DNA of 64,000 bases, from assembly GCF_004010195.1 (NCBI RefSeq), contig NC_057755.1, positions 11,010,161 to 11,074,160 on the forward strand, given 5' to 3'. Made by a program: the position numbers and the translations under genes. A model generated the notes under the pieces. That model did not search any database, was not told the DNA's origin, and saw only the letters and a program-made list of their open reading frames with translations. This document shows positions 1 to 12,075 of this stretch, one piece after another (the first letter of the stretch is position 1; each line of letters opens with the position of its first letter). The DNA comes from Chiloscyllium plagiosum (lineage: Eukaryota).

Positions 1-3000
1 ATCTCCACAAAGAATTCGCCTTTGTGGGTAAAGTTTATTCAGAAAGACCAGGGGGAAGAAGGACAAGAAGTCAAAACTTTGAGCGATATAGTATCTCACC
101 AGTAGCTGATTGTAAGGAATGAGCGAATATGCACTCTTCCTGATCTGTTTCCCGAGAGTATGGTCATTGGTGGTACAGATGGACAGAAATTTAACATTCC
201 CTGATGTCAGATCAGGTTGGATTGCCAACGTTAGGCTGTGGAAGTTAAAGTGGCAGTGATTGACAGAGTGTCAGTTCCAGAAATTTAGTTTATTCTTGGG
301 AATGATTTGACAGGAACCAAGATGGGAGTGACACCCCATGTTGTGGAGAAGCTCAAGAAACTGAGTAGCTAAAACACAAATATTGTGGTATTTTCCCAGA
401 TTCTGTGGTAACCAAAATAAGTTGCAGCACGAAGTGAAAAGTGAAGTGAAAGAAGAACAAGTTGAGGTTGGGTTAGCACATACCCTATTTGATGTAATGG
501 TGCAGGAAAAACCTGAACAGGCAGAGGGTCAGACAGAAGTGTTTAGTCCTGAAAGGTGAAGAGACTTGCAACAGCAAGCCAAGACAGTAAAAGATATATA
601 TGTGGATGTGCACACTTAAATGGAGTCCGAGAATATTCTGGATGGTTATTATCTGAAAGATAGAATATCAAGGAGGAAATGGAGACCGCGGCAAGTTTGT
701 GCGGAGGGGAAATACACCAGATTGTGTTGCTGGTAGTATACAGACAGGAGATGTTATGGGTAGCACATGAACTACCTGTCGAAAGTCATCTAGGGGTAGG
801 AAAGACTCAAGCTAATGTCCAAAAACATTTTTATTGGCCTGGAATGCACAAAGATGTCGTTAACCTTTGCTGTACGTGTCACACATGCCAAATAGTAGGT
901 GAGCCACAGGCGATAATAAAATCAGCACTTTTTGTTGCCAATTCCCACATTGGAAGAACCTTTTAAGCAGGTCCTAATAGATTGTGTAGGGCCCCTCCCG
1001 AGAACTAAAAATGGGAATAAGTACTTGTTAACAATTATGGATGTTTCTACCAGATTTCTGAAGGTAATTCCATGACGGAGTATCAAAGCAAAAAGGAAAG
1101 AAGAAAGGTTAAAGCTTTCTTCATACAGTATGGGCTACCCAAAGAAATTCAGTCAGGCCAATGGTCAAATATGTACAACAAGGCTGTCTAAGGAGATTGT
1201 GGAGAGTTTAGGTATGCAGCACTTGAAATCAAGTGCTTATCATCCTGAATCCCAGGGAGCTTTAGAAAGGTGGCAGCATACCTAGAATGCCATGTTGAGA
1301 GCATACTGTCAGGCTTACACAAATGATTGGGATTAATGCATCCCATTCGTATTGTTTGCCATGAGAGGTACCCAAACGAATCTTCTGTTTACTCCCTTTG
1401 AGTTAAAATTCGGTCATTAAATGAAAGGCCCTTTGAAATTAATTAAAGAAAAATTGACAGGACCAAAGTCGGAGATCTCACACTTAGATTATGTATCGGA
1501 TGAAAGGGAGAGATTAAATCGAAAAGGTGAGTTAACTAAACAGCACCTGAAGTGGGCACAGTATAGAAGGAAATAGGTAGCAGATAAAAGCTCTGAGACT
1601 CAAACGTTTTCCCGAGGGGTAACATGTTAGTACAGTTACTAGTGACAGGAGATCCCTTCAAAGCCATGTTTAGCGGACCCTATCAAATTGAGAAGAAATT
1701 GAGTCAGGTGAAATATTTAGTAAAGATGCCAAATAGAAAAAAAAGATATCGAGTATGGAATGTGAACTTTTGAAACCATGTTATACCAGAGAGAAAGATT
1801 TGGAGAAACAGGTGTTTTTCACACCCACTCCACACTGTGTTAGTGAGGAAACAAGTCCAGATGATTTGGCTTTTGATGTGCCTCAAAATAGATTTAAAAA
1901 TGAGGAAGTCCTTGAGGAATGGGATCGATTAGTAAGCTATCCATCTCAGGAACACAGATGTAAGAATCAGATGGGGAGGACTAATGTTATTGTACATGAA
2001 GTAGATGTACGAAATATTGCTCTGATAAAACCCCTATTTGGTTTAATCCTTTCAAAGCCAAATAGATCCAGAAGGATGTGGAGGCCATGCTTGCCAAGGA
2101 CTTGATCGAACCAAGCCAGAGAGAGTTCACCTATTGTCTTAGTTCCCCAACTGGATGGGACTCAATGATTCTGCGTGGATTATTGGAAGGTCAACGCCGT
2201 TACAAAGTCGGACTCATATCCATTCCTTGAATGGAGGACTGTATTGAGAAAATCGGACAAGCCAATTATATCACCAAGTTGGACTTAATGCGTGGATAAT
2301 AGCAGGTGCATTTATCAGACTCAGCAAAATAAACTTCCCCGTTTTTAACCCTAAATGGGCTACATCAGTTTAAAGCGATGCTCTTTGGAATGAAGATCGC
2401 ACCTGTCACATTCCAAAGACTCATTAACAGAGCTTTGGCTGGGTTAACAAATTGTGCAGTCTATTTGGATGATGTAGTGATCTTTATTAAATCCTGGAAG
2501 ATCACATGGTACAGATGGCAGAGCTCTTTGAAGGACTACGAGAAACAAAACTTGTGACAAATTTAAATAAAACTGATTTTGCGAATGCAGAGGTGACGTT
2601 CTTGGGACATACCATCGGTCATGGAAGATTGATCCCATGGAACGCAAAGACGAAGGCCATCGAGGAATTTCCACGATCAGCCTCGAAGAAAGAGGTGCGT
2701 CGATTCTTAGGACTCAGCGAATTCTATTGAACGTGTGTTTCCAAACTTCAGCAGTGTAGTGGCACCATTACCCGGTTTGCTGAAGAAGAACACAAAGTTT
2801 TGGTGGACAGAACAATGCCAGGAGGCATTCGAACATTTGAAATCAAAACAAACCACCAAACCAATTTTAGCTACATCAAACTCTTCACACCTTCTAAAAT
2901 CGCCATCGATCCAAGTGACATTAGAGTTGGAGCTATTCTCCTACAGGTAGGTAAGGATTGGATTGAACTGGCAGTTGGTTACCTTTCGAAGGAGATCAAC

Positions 3001-3254
3001 ATCCAACCAAAGGAATTACGCCACGATTGAAAAAAACTATTGAGTTTAGTATTGGCCTTAATGTGTATGTCACAAACAATGCGTCAGAGATGGTTGTGTG
3101 CACAGATCATAACCCGCTTCCAATATTAGAACACTTTAAAGGCAGAAATATGAGATTATTTCGTTGGAGACTTATGTTACCGAATTTTAATTTTAAAATT
3201 GTACATGTTGCGGGTCGGAAGAATAGAATAGTAGATCCGTTATTGTGGATTTAA
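1..3254 (+). mobile_element. Degenerate Gypsy/Ty3 LTR retrotransposon pol, Gmr1-like domain order (protease-integrase-RT-RNase H)
   Basis: Protease remnants (VKTLSDIVSHQ ~70-105; FILGNDLTG ~289-315). Integrase HHCC (HELPVESHLG...CHTC, ORF 679-966), core (LIDCVGPLP, SAYHPESQG) and GPY motif ~1675. RT (FCVDY, YLDDVVI at ~2462). RNase H (TDHNPL...RLFRW, 3027-3254). Many stops and frameshifts. Confidence 0.9.
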
Positions 3255-3434
3255 CTGATGCAATTTAGATGAGATGTCTTTATTTAATGTTATAGCTATA
3301 TAGGTATATGGGAATATGTTAAGATGAACATATACTAAACTTATCTGTAAGTTAGTGTAATGTATTTAAAATATAGAGAAAAAAATTAAGCCATCCTTTC
3401 ATTATGATGGTTCATTTATTCTTAAGGGGGAAGG

Positions 3435-4106
3435 TGTTCGGAAGATGTGGGTATACTGTACCATTCAGAGAGTAAAAGCTGGCAGTGACAACACCAAGTG
3501 TTCTCAGAAGACACAATGTAAAATTTTCTCCAGGTGCTGGGGCAGCTGGTTGCCTGGAAACGACAAAGCAGATGTGAATTACGCCAATCAGTTTAAATTA
3601 TAACCCGAAAAGTACCAAATTTCAGTCAAATTTGAATTAAGTATATTGAGAGTATTAAAATCCAATGACACAATCCGATGCTTTGGGGAAAATTAAAGAT
3701 TAGGAGGAGAACTGCCACCAGACCAACAGATGTAGACTACATTGTCGGAACTCTCTGAGAGGTACCTGTCTTGAGAAGGAGTTCCCACAGAGAAAAACAT
3801 CAACACTGAAGTGGAGAGCAAATCTACTGATGAAGATAAAGAGAAGATTCGACCGCTGGTTGGTTTAAAAATCTGATTTTTTTCTCTAAACCTCAATAGG
3901 AAGTTTTATTGGGCTGGTATTATAGAAGGGAATGTAAAAGATATGTAAGTAGTTGTTAGTTAATTATTCTCTGTTATACTTTAAGAAATGAAATTGTTAC
4001 TTTTTACTTTAAATAGTTCTTGGCCACTCGACTTCTTACATGGGATAAATCTTTTTTGTGTTGCTCGCTTTAAATTAAGTATGAGGTTTTACCCCGTGTT
4101 GTAACA
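3435..4106 (+). repeat. 3' LTR of the Gmr1-like element
   Basis: Polypurine tract AAGGGGGAAGG (3424-3434) is immediately followed by TGTT; the segment ends in AACA at 4106 (TG...CA, 4-bp terminal inverted repeat). Confidence 0.75.
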
Positions 4107-4329
4107 GTATAATGTGGGAGTAAGTCAATTCCTCCAGCATAGGAAGTAGATGTAACTTTATGTCATACTCATTGCTCTACTGAGGTATCCCAAATGAGAC
4201 AAAATGGTGCTCTTCTTCAGTCTGCATCTGCATTGACTCCTGCATTGATTTTTCTCCAAAGGTATCGCCTAATCAGTATAATTTCTGTTAACCAAAAAAC
4301 TCAAATGGACTCTCCTATAATTACAGCGA

Positions 4330-4900
4330 CTACATGTGTACATTGGAGACTAATAATTCTGCAGCAAGTAAGTCACCTCATGACTTCCCAAAATCTCTCC
4401 ACAATCTGCAAGGCACATGTCAGACGTGTGATGAAATACTCCCCACTTCCCTGGGAGGGTGCAGCTCCAACACAACTGAGAACGCTCGACACCATCCAGG
4501 ACAGACTAGACCCCACTTGATTGGCACCGTATTCACAAACATCAATTCCTTCCACTATCGACATTCTCAGTCGCAGCAATGTGTACCCTCTACAAGATCC
4601 TTACACTTTATCTCTGCAAGCTATAATTATTTCTTTCTTGGAGGAAAATCAGCAGCGAATACGCACCAACATCAGCACCATGTAACTTCAACCCGCCCCC
4701 TCCTCCCCTCCCACCTCCACTCTCCTTCAGTACTGCTCCTTCAATGTCATTTGCTCAAATTCTGGGAAGACCCTCCCTAAAAGCATCGTGGTCTACTGAC
4801 ACCAGATTTAGTTTTTCAGGTAAGGTAGCTGACGACCACCTTCTCAAGAGCAATTAGGGACAGGCAGTAAATGCTGGCCCAAGCAGCAATATGTACATCA
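4330..4900 (+). mobile_element. CR1/L2-group LINE 3' fragment
   Basis: LSTICKAHVRRVMKYSPL resembles the LINE RT C-terminus; the tail CACCTTCTCAAGAGCAATTAGGG...AAATGCTGGCC recurs inverted near 32780-33005. Confidence 0.6.
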
Positions 4901-4929
4901 GGGGGGAAAAGAGTAATAAAAGTAAATGA

Positions 4930-5900
4930 TGGTCCCTCCTTTTTGAATAATCCTCTCGGTGCCTACCATTGATTCTCCACTGATCTATCTCCTAGACTAA
5001 TATCCATGTTCATTTCTGGTGGGTTAGTTTTCATGCCCACAGATTTGTTCCATTTTTATGTTGAAAACACTGGTCTTAGACCCACTCTTCCCCCTTTCAA
5101 ACTTCCTGTAAAGTTCCATCTATTATGATAACTTCCTCCAAGAGGTGTCTCTGCGATCAGATCGTTAACTGAACCTATCATATTGTACAATAAACTGTCT
5201 GATGTAGACTGCTCTTTGCTCAGAGATGAAATATGCTGCTCCCAGACACGACTCCTAAATGGTTCTGCATCGAGGCTAATTGCTAATAGGATTTCTTTTT
5301 TTTCTATTTGCATTTAGATTTAAAGCTCTCATGATTATTGCTTTATCAAAATCGCCAATGTTTCTTCTGCTATACTTCTTTATACATTGTAGTCACTTTT
5401 CAGTTCGTCACTGCCATTAGTAATTTCTTTCACTTACTGTTCCTCACCTCCAACCAAACTGATTCTACACCCTTATCTCCTGAAACAAGAACATCACTGA
5501 GTATTGCACGAAAACTAACTTTGATGAGGAGTCTTGCCGAGGATGCTAGAATGTTTTAACTCCTCAATGTGCAGAACCCACATATTGTTATCCTGCAGAC
5601 AACGCTCCTCAATGTTAAACTAATCCTATTTATTAAGTTCAATGCAAGGTATAAATTCATTAATTTCTTTATGAACTGAGTTTGATTTCAAACGCTGAGC
5701 TTTTAACGTTAATCTCTCCCTCCCCCGTGTTAATACTGCAGCATCTGGGTCTTTATTGCTGGTATATGTTTCGGCATTTTTCTCACTGCCCTCCCTCTCA
5801 TTCTCTGACCTTCATTTGTCACTTGATTATTTTACACTCCTGCTACAACCCTATACCTTTATTTGTAAATTACCCAATCGTCATTCCTCGAGCCCAAAAT
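4930..5900 (-). mobile_element. Highly decayed L1/Tx1-like RT remnant
   Basis: AISLDAE motif in ORF 5056-5313 (L1-type SLDAEKAFD). Confidence 0.4.
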
Positions 5901-5922
5901 AATTCCACGAAGACTGGCATCC

Positions 5923-7990
5923 TGTCACCAAGTCAAAATTTATTTACACTGACATAGCAGAGAACACTGACCCAGCTCGCTCAGAGCCAGCTTCTACACT
6001 GATCGGACCCTCCTGTTTATATCTGTCATCCAGGTCTCCCTGAGCGGGTTAACAGCCCTAATGAAGGAACTCATATTCGATGAGGTCCACTTGGTTACAA
6101 TAACGACGTTCTTCCCCTCTCAATCCTGTAACGGAGGCCTGGTCCTTTTCTTGCAGCTTTTTCTTCGGGGTTTTCACACAACGTTCGGTTGGGATACTAC
6201 AGCTGACTGTTTTACCCAGAGCATTCTTCTCACTGCAAACCCAAGCAAGTCCATTCCCAGAGCTTCAACGCCTCACTTAACCCCCTGAAATAAACTGTCT
6301 CTGTCGATTAGAGGAGGCATGTGTCTGGTATTGGTGTTCCTAATGCTGTTTCTCTCTTAGCCCTATACCATGCTCCCCCCTCCGCACCTCCACCACCACC
6401 ACCACTGCCAGGTCTGGCATGATCAGGTTTAACCTGTCGCAGAGTAATCTTTGCCTTTGTTGGCATACTGGGCACAGCCCACCAACGTGGCTACATCACT
6501 ATCCATTCCTGGCGGCCAGACATAACGTCTCACTGGCATCCTCGTTTGGAAACGATCTTTAGACCGGCCTCTTGCTCTCCATCGTAGTATGCAGTTCTGT
6601 CCGGTGATCTGGCCTTACTGAGTCCTAAAGTTTTCAATTCTGGTTGTGATGTCCCTTCTCCTTCGGCCATTGCCACCAGCCGTTTTAATTTTGCCAGATG
6701 GGATTTTTTTTGTGTCCACAGTTGGATATTGTCAGCGCTGACGCGAACGGTGTTCAGAACGTTTAAAACCAAACCAGACTCTTCCAGTGAAGGCACTGCC
6801 AATTGTGTATCTGTCAGTGGGAGGTGGCTTAATGCATCCATATTTTACACTTGGTCTCCCATAGGGTGTTCCAACTTGCATGCACAGACTATAAGGGCCC
6901 ACTGCTGAATTTGATAAGAAGCTATGGGTGGAACGGCCCTGTCTTCTTCAACCTTGCTTCTGTATCTGGGCGCATTTGCGTTTGGCAAAGTCTAAGGAAA
7001 GAACTTCGCTCCTATAGAGACATGGGAGCCAGGGTACCTGTGATCGCCCTCAGTTCATCTTCCAGTGTGTGGAGCCCAGCCCTGTTGAATCTGTAGCCCA
7101 AGTACTTCGCTTGGGGTACCTGGAACAGCATTTTGCCATTTAAGGCCTGGAAAATATGTTTAAGTGCCGTGTGAAAGTTCTCTAAGGGAACTTTAATGGT
7201 CTTCTCTGTTATGAGCACTTCATCCAGATAAATGGTAACCTGGAGTGATCACATCCACTGGATAAGGGCACAGGTTAATGACACACTAAATTCAGTCCTG
7301 TATATTGGTACAACTCTGATGGGTACTTTTGGTGCACCCGTCTGGGAAACCTCATTTTAAGGCAATTGCAGGTTTACATGTCCAGCTTCCTGAAGGGCAG
7401 CCCCATCACCTGTCAGCTTTGTCTCCTCGAAAATGAGGGATTGGGGATTAACTAACTGTGAGAATTGCCTTATAGCTTGTTTAATATCCCCACAATGGCA
7501 AACCCACCCGTAAGGTTTCACAATCAGTACTCCGTTGCTGCCCATTCTGTCCTGGGTTAATGATTATTTCCCCATCCAGCCTCCTGATTTCTGCCTCTGC
7601 TTTTACCCATAAGGAAAATGGCGCTTGCAGAAGCGGGAAATTTCTTTCCACTCAACATGTGAGGTGACCGTGGCCCCTTTGGTAATGCCTAGACTTTCTT
7701 GAAAAACATCTGGGTAATTAATTCAGACTTCACTCAGGCGACCATTTATTGATTGGAAAGTGTTGAGCCAATGAAGCTGAATCTTTTTTACCCAGTATCA
7801 CACTATTGAGCTTGGGCCCAATTGATGGTAACTGAAACCGCCGTTTCCCATATGAGACCAGAACCGAAGTTGACCCCATAGTGTGTAGGGGGTTCCCTGG
7901 GATAGATTCTCAGTCTGTCCGAGGTCTTCTGTCAACTTACGTTTTGGAGTCATTAGCGAATCTTTTGATTGACTAGTTACACAATCACTG
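5923..7990 (-). mobile_element. Gypsy LTR retrotransposon relic (protease-RT-RNase H, integrase largely deleted) with short 3' LTR ~5923-6108
   Basis: Minus-strand CGDIKQAI and YLDEVLI..KYLGY RT pieces and the DALSHLPL RNase H end; PPT GAGGGGAAGAA next to a ~186-bp segment containing AATAAA and ending GTGACA. Confidence 0.7.
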
Positions 7991-8014
7991 ATATAGTTGC
8001 TCCCAGAATCGACC

Positions 8015-8610
8015 TCAATTGGTGTAAATTCGGTGCAAACACAACAATCTCTCCCTCAACGTCAACGAAACGAAAGAGCTAGTCATCGACTTCAGGAAGC
8101 GGAGTGGAGAACACACCCCTGTCTGCATCAATGGTGCTGAGGTGGAGATAGTCGAGAGCATCAAGTTTATTGGAGTAAACATCACCAACAATCTGGTCTG
8201 GTCCACCGACACCATAAATGCAGTCAAGAAAGCACATCAATGCATTAACTTCTCATGAGGCTAATCTGACGTGTCCACAATAACTCTTACTGATATTTAA
8301 AAATGCACCATAGAAAGCATCCTAATTCCATGCATCACAGTGCGGTACGCCAACTGTTCTGGCCACGAATGCAAGAAATTACAAAGAGTTGTGAGTGAAG
8401 CCTAGTCCATCATGAAAACCAGCCTTCCATCCATTGACTCCGTCTGTACTTCTCACTGTCTTTGAAAAGCGGCCAACATTATCAAAAGCCCCTCTCACCC
8501 CAGTTATACTCTCTTTCATTTTCTTCGATTGGTCAGAAGTTAGACAACTTTGAAAACACCCACTAAAAGATTCAAGAACAGCTGTTGTTATCAAACTTGA
8601 GATAGGCAGC
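8015..8610 (+). mobile_element. Rex1/Babar-like LINE 3' RT fragment (inverted copy ~30820-31370)
   Basis: NNLSLNVNETKELVIDFRKRSGEHTPVCINGAEVEIVESIKFIGV. Confidence 0.7.
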
Positions 8611-8639
8611 ACGGAAACGGACCTTTCAATCCAATTCAA

Positions 8640-9340
8640 ATATGCCAACCAGATATTCTAAGTTAATCTTCTCCCACTTGCCAGCACTTGGCACATATAC
8701 CTCGAAATCCTTCCTATTCATTTACCCATCCATGACTTATAAACATTGTCATTGTACCAGCTTTCACCTCTTCCTCTGGCAGCTCATTTCATGCACACAC
8801 CAAGCTCTGTGTGAGAATGCTGTTGTTTCGGCACCTTTCAAACGTTTCCCCTCTCACCCTAAACCTATGCTCGCTACTTCTGGACTACAGGACAGTTAGG
8901 AAAAGGTCTTTGGCTATTCACACTATCCACGCCCCATCGCGATTTTATAAACTTCTATAATGTCACGCAACAGTCTCTGGCTCCAAGGAAATCAGCCCAA
9001 GCCTATTCAACTTCTCTCAATGGGTCAAAAATCCAACCCGAGCAATGTTCTCGCAAATCTTTTCTGAACTCTTTCACGTTTAGCAACTTCCTTCCTAAAG
9101 CAGGGCAAAGCAAATTCATGCAGTATTCCAAATTTGGCCACGCCTGCACAGCTGCAATATGACATTTTAACTCCGATATTCAATGCCTTGAACAATAAAG
9201 GCAAACATATCAAATGCCTTCTTCATTATCCTATCTGGCTGCGTCTCCATTTGTAAGGAACTATGAACCTGAAATCCAATGTCTCTTTATTCAGCAACAC
9301 TCCCCAGGAGCTTACCATTAAGTGTATGTGTCCTGCCCTG
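8640..9340 (-). mobile_element. Decayed CR1 LINE 3' fragment (inverted copy ~30090-30790)
   Basis: KRERVQKRFARTL motif (CR1 LERVQRRFTRM). Confidence 0.7.
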
Positions 9341-9789
9341 ATATTGTATCGTGCGGCTGCACAGTTACTGAGCCCCTGCACCAACATGGTCATTTATGCA
9401 GCAACCTAGAGAATGTCCGGGCAGCACCTGCTCCTTGTTTTGACCAAGTATCGTTTTAATCTGATGGAAAATTGTATTGAATGAGTAAAACGGCAGAACT
9501 GAAGGGCAGACTGCCCCTCCGTGCCACAATTCATATGGAAACCAAACTTCGAGGGAACTTGTGACACATTGGTAGTGTCCTTAACTCTAAACCAGGAGTC
9601 CCAGGTACATGCCACAGTGATTTCTGAGTTTTATGTTAGCATCTTTTAACAGAGTTATCAGAATGTCTCTCCAAATTAAAATAAGCAAAACTTTCTGCAA
9701 ATAACAATTTATATCGTTCCTTCCATTTACTTAAAATTAAACTTCGAAATCTCAGATTCCTTCAGCAGGATGTAATTCCCATTTCTGCC

Positions 9790-10215
9790 TGTGTAGCTGA
9801 CCATACAGGCAGTGGAGAGGAGCACTCATTATAAGCAGCCAATACAATAGATCACATTGAGTGAAGTGCAGGTAAAACACTGCTTCGCCTGGAAATAGTG
9901 TGCCTGGAGCCTTAGATAATGAGCAGTGAGGAAGTAAATGGGTGGGTGTTACAGCTTGTGCAGTTGCAAGGTAAGGTCACATGGGGTTGCAGGGAGATAT
10001 TGGGAATGGGGCAGTGGTCCAGGGTATACCAGAGAGAATGGTCCCGGTGGAAAGTTGAATGTGGGAGGGAGGGGAAAACATGTCTGGTGGTGGCAGGAAT
10101 TGATGTAAATAGCCGCTAATTATCCCACAGATGTGGAGGATAGTGGGATAGGAAGTGAGAACCGAGGGCCCTATCCTTGTTGTGGGAGAAAATTAAAGGG
10201 GTGAGATGGGGTGGT
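9790..10215 (-). mobile_element. Penelope-like element GIY-YIG endonuclease remnant (inverted copy ~29210-29640)
   Basis: Translates as FQVKQ-FTCTSLNVIYCIGC, the motif leading into the PLE GIY-YIG domain. Confidence 0.6.
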
Positions 10216-11009
10216 AGATTGAATAGTGAGATGTGCCTATCACTTTATAGAAAAACTGTAACATAGAAAATAAATGCATGCATTTTTATTTTGTTCTGAC
10301 TAGTCAACTGCACCGACATAACTCTCGCTTCATAAACTGTGTACTGAGACCACTTTGTACTTCAGCTCGCTGCGCAGTGATTAATACTCCCGGCTTGCAC
10401 AATCTACGCTTGTTGATTAGCTTTCACACACAGTCCGTTTGATTTATTTGAGTGACTACTCTATGTTCATTGCAGGATCTCCTAATATGAACCAGACTGC
10501 TTTTGCTTTCTAGGTATTGAAGTTTTGAACTGGATTGTAATTTTTGATGTGAGAATGATTCTCTTGAGAGAACCTCCCCACCATCATACGTCTGACTTGG
10601 CACACAGTAAAATAAAGCACTCTCAAAGAACTGCCCATCTGAACTCCGTGGGATGTCAAAATGCTGCTTTGAGACAAGATTAAATTACCCTGTCACACAG
10701 ATGTTCGATTTTGGAACTTCCTGCCTCTGCCGATGGTCAAGGCAAGTCAGTGAATGATGCTGATAGTGGTGGGAGGTAAATTCCAATTTTATAAGGCATC
10801 CCAGGGTAATCAGGTGCAGACAGAAATGTGGAACATAAACATATCAACCATAATTTTATTGAATAACAAAGCATGACATATTTCTCCTTCTAAATTGGAT
10901 TCTTAACAACAGTCAGTTCCTTCCTTTCCAAAATATATTCCCCAAATGTATTCTCCTGAAAACTATATATTGCCCATTTATTCTTTTGTTCAATAATGCC
11001 TGTAGATAT

Positions 11010-12075
11010 AGAATATTGAACATATAAAAGTATAGCACAGAACAGGCCTTTTGGCCCACGATGTTGTGCCGAGATTTAATCCAAATGTAAAATATAGTAA
11101 CTCAACCTACGCACCCCTCTACTCACTGCTATCCATGTGCATTTCCAGCAGTCGCTTAAATGTCCCCAGGGACCCTGCTTCCACCACCACAGCTGGCAAA
11201 GCATTCCATGCATTCATAACTCTCTGTGAAAAGAACCTACCTCTGACGTCTCCTCTATACCTTCCTCCTAATATTTTCAAACTATGACTTATCATACTGG
11301 TCAATCCTGTCCTGGGGAAAAGTCTCTGGCTATTGACTCTATCTATTCCTCTCATTATTTTTACACCTCGGTCAGGTCACCTCTTTTCCTCCTTCTCTCC
11401 AGCGAGACAAGTCCAAGCTTATTCAATCTTTCTTCTTAAGGCATTCCAAAATGCATCACTTTGCATTTATCCAGGTTGAACTCCATCTGCCATTACTCAG
11501 CCCAGTTCTGCATCCTGTCTCTGTCGAACTGCAACCTGCAGTAGCCCTCTATACTATCGACGACACCTCCAACCTTTGTGTCATTGGCAAACGTACTAAC
11601 TCACGCCTCAACCTTTTTATCCAAGCCATTTCTATAAACTACAGAGAACAGAGGCCCAAGAACAGAACCCTGCGGGACTACACTCAACACTGTCCACCAG
11701 GCAGAATACATTCCATCTACACAACTCTCTGCCTTCTGTCAGCCAGCCAATTCTGAATCCAGATAGCCAAGTCTCACTGTACCCCATACTTCCTGACTTT
11801 AGGAATGAACCTACAATGGGGAACCCTATCAAATGCCTTGCTGAAGTCCATAGACACCACATCTGCTGCCCGACCCCGTAGTCCACCTGTCTTGACACCT
11901 CCTCAAAGAACTCAATAAGATTTGTGAGTCATGACCTGCCCCTCACAAAGCCATGCTGACGGCCTTTAATCACACTATGCTTTCTCAAATAGTCATAAAT
12001 CAAATCCCTCATAATTCTTTCCAAAACTTAGCTGACCACAGACGTAAGACTGACTGGTCTATAATTGCCAGAAAA
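11010..12075 (-). mobile_element. CR1 LINE RT/3' fragment with internal deletion
   Basis: RGIDRVNSQRLFPR...HSLKILGGRYRGDVRGRFFSQRV; partner copy at 27010-28420. Confidence 0.85.
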
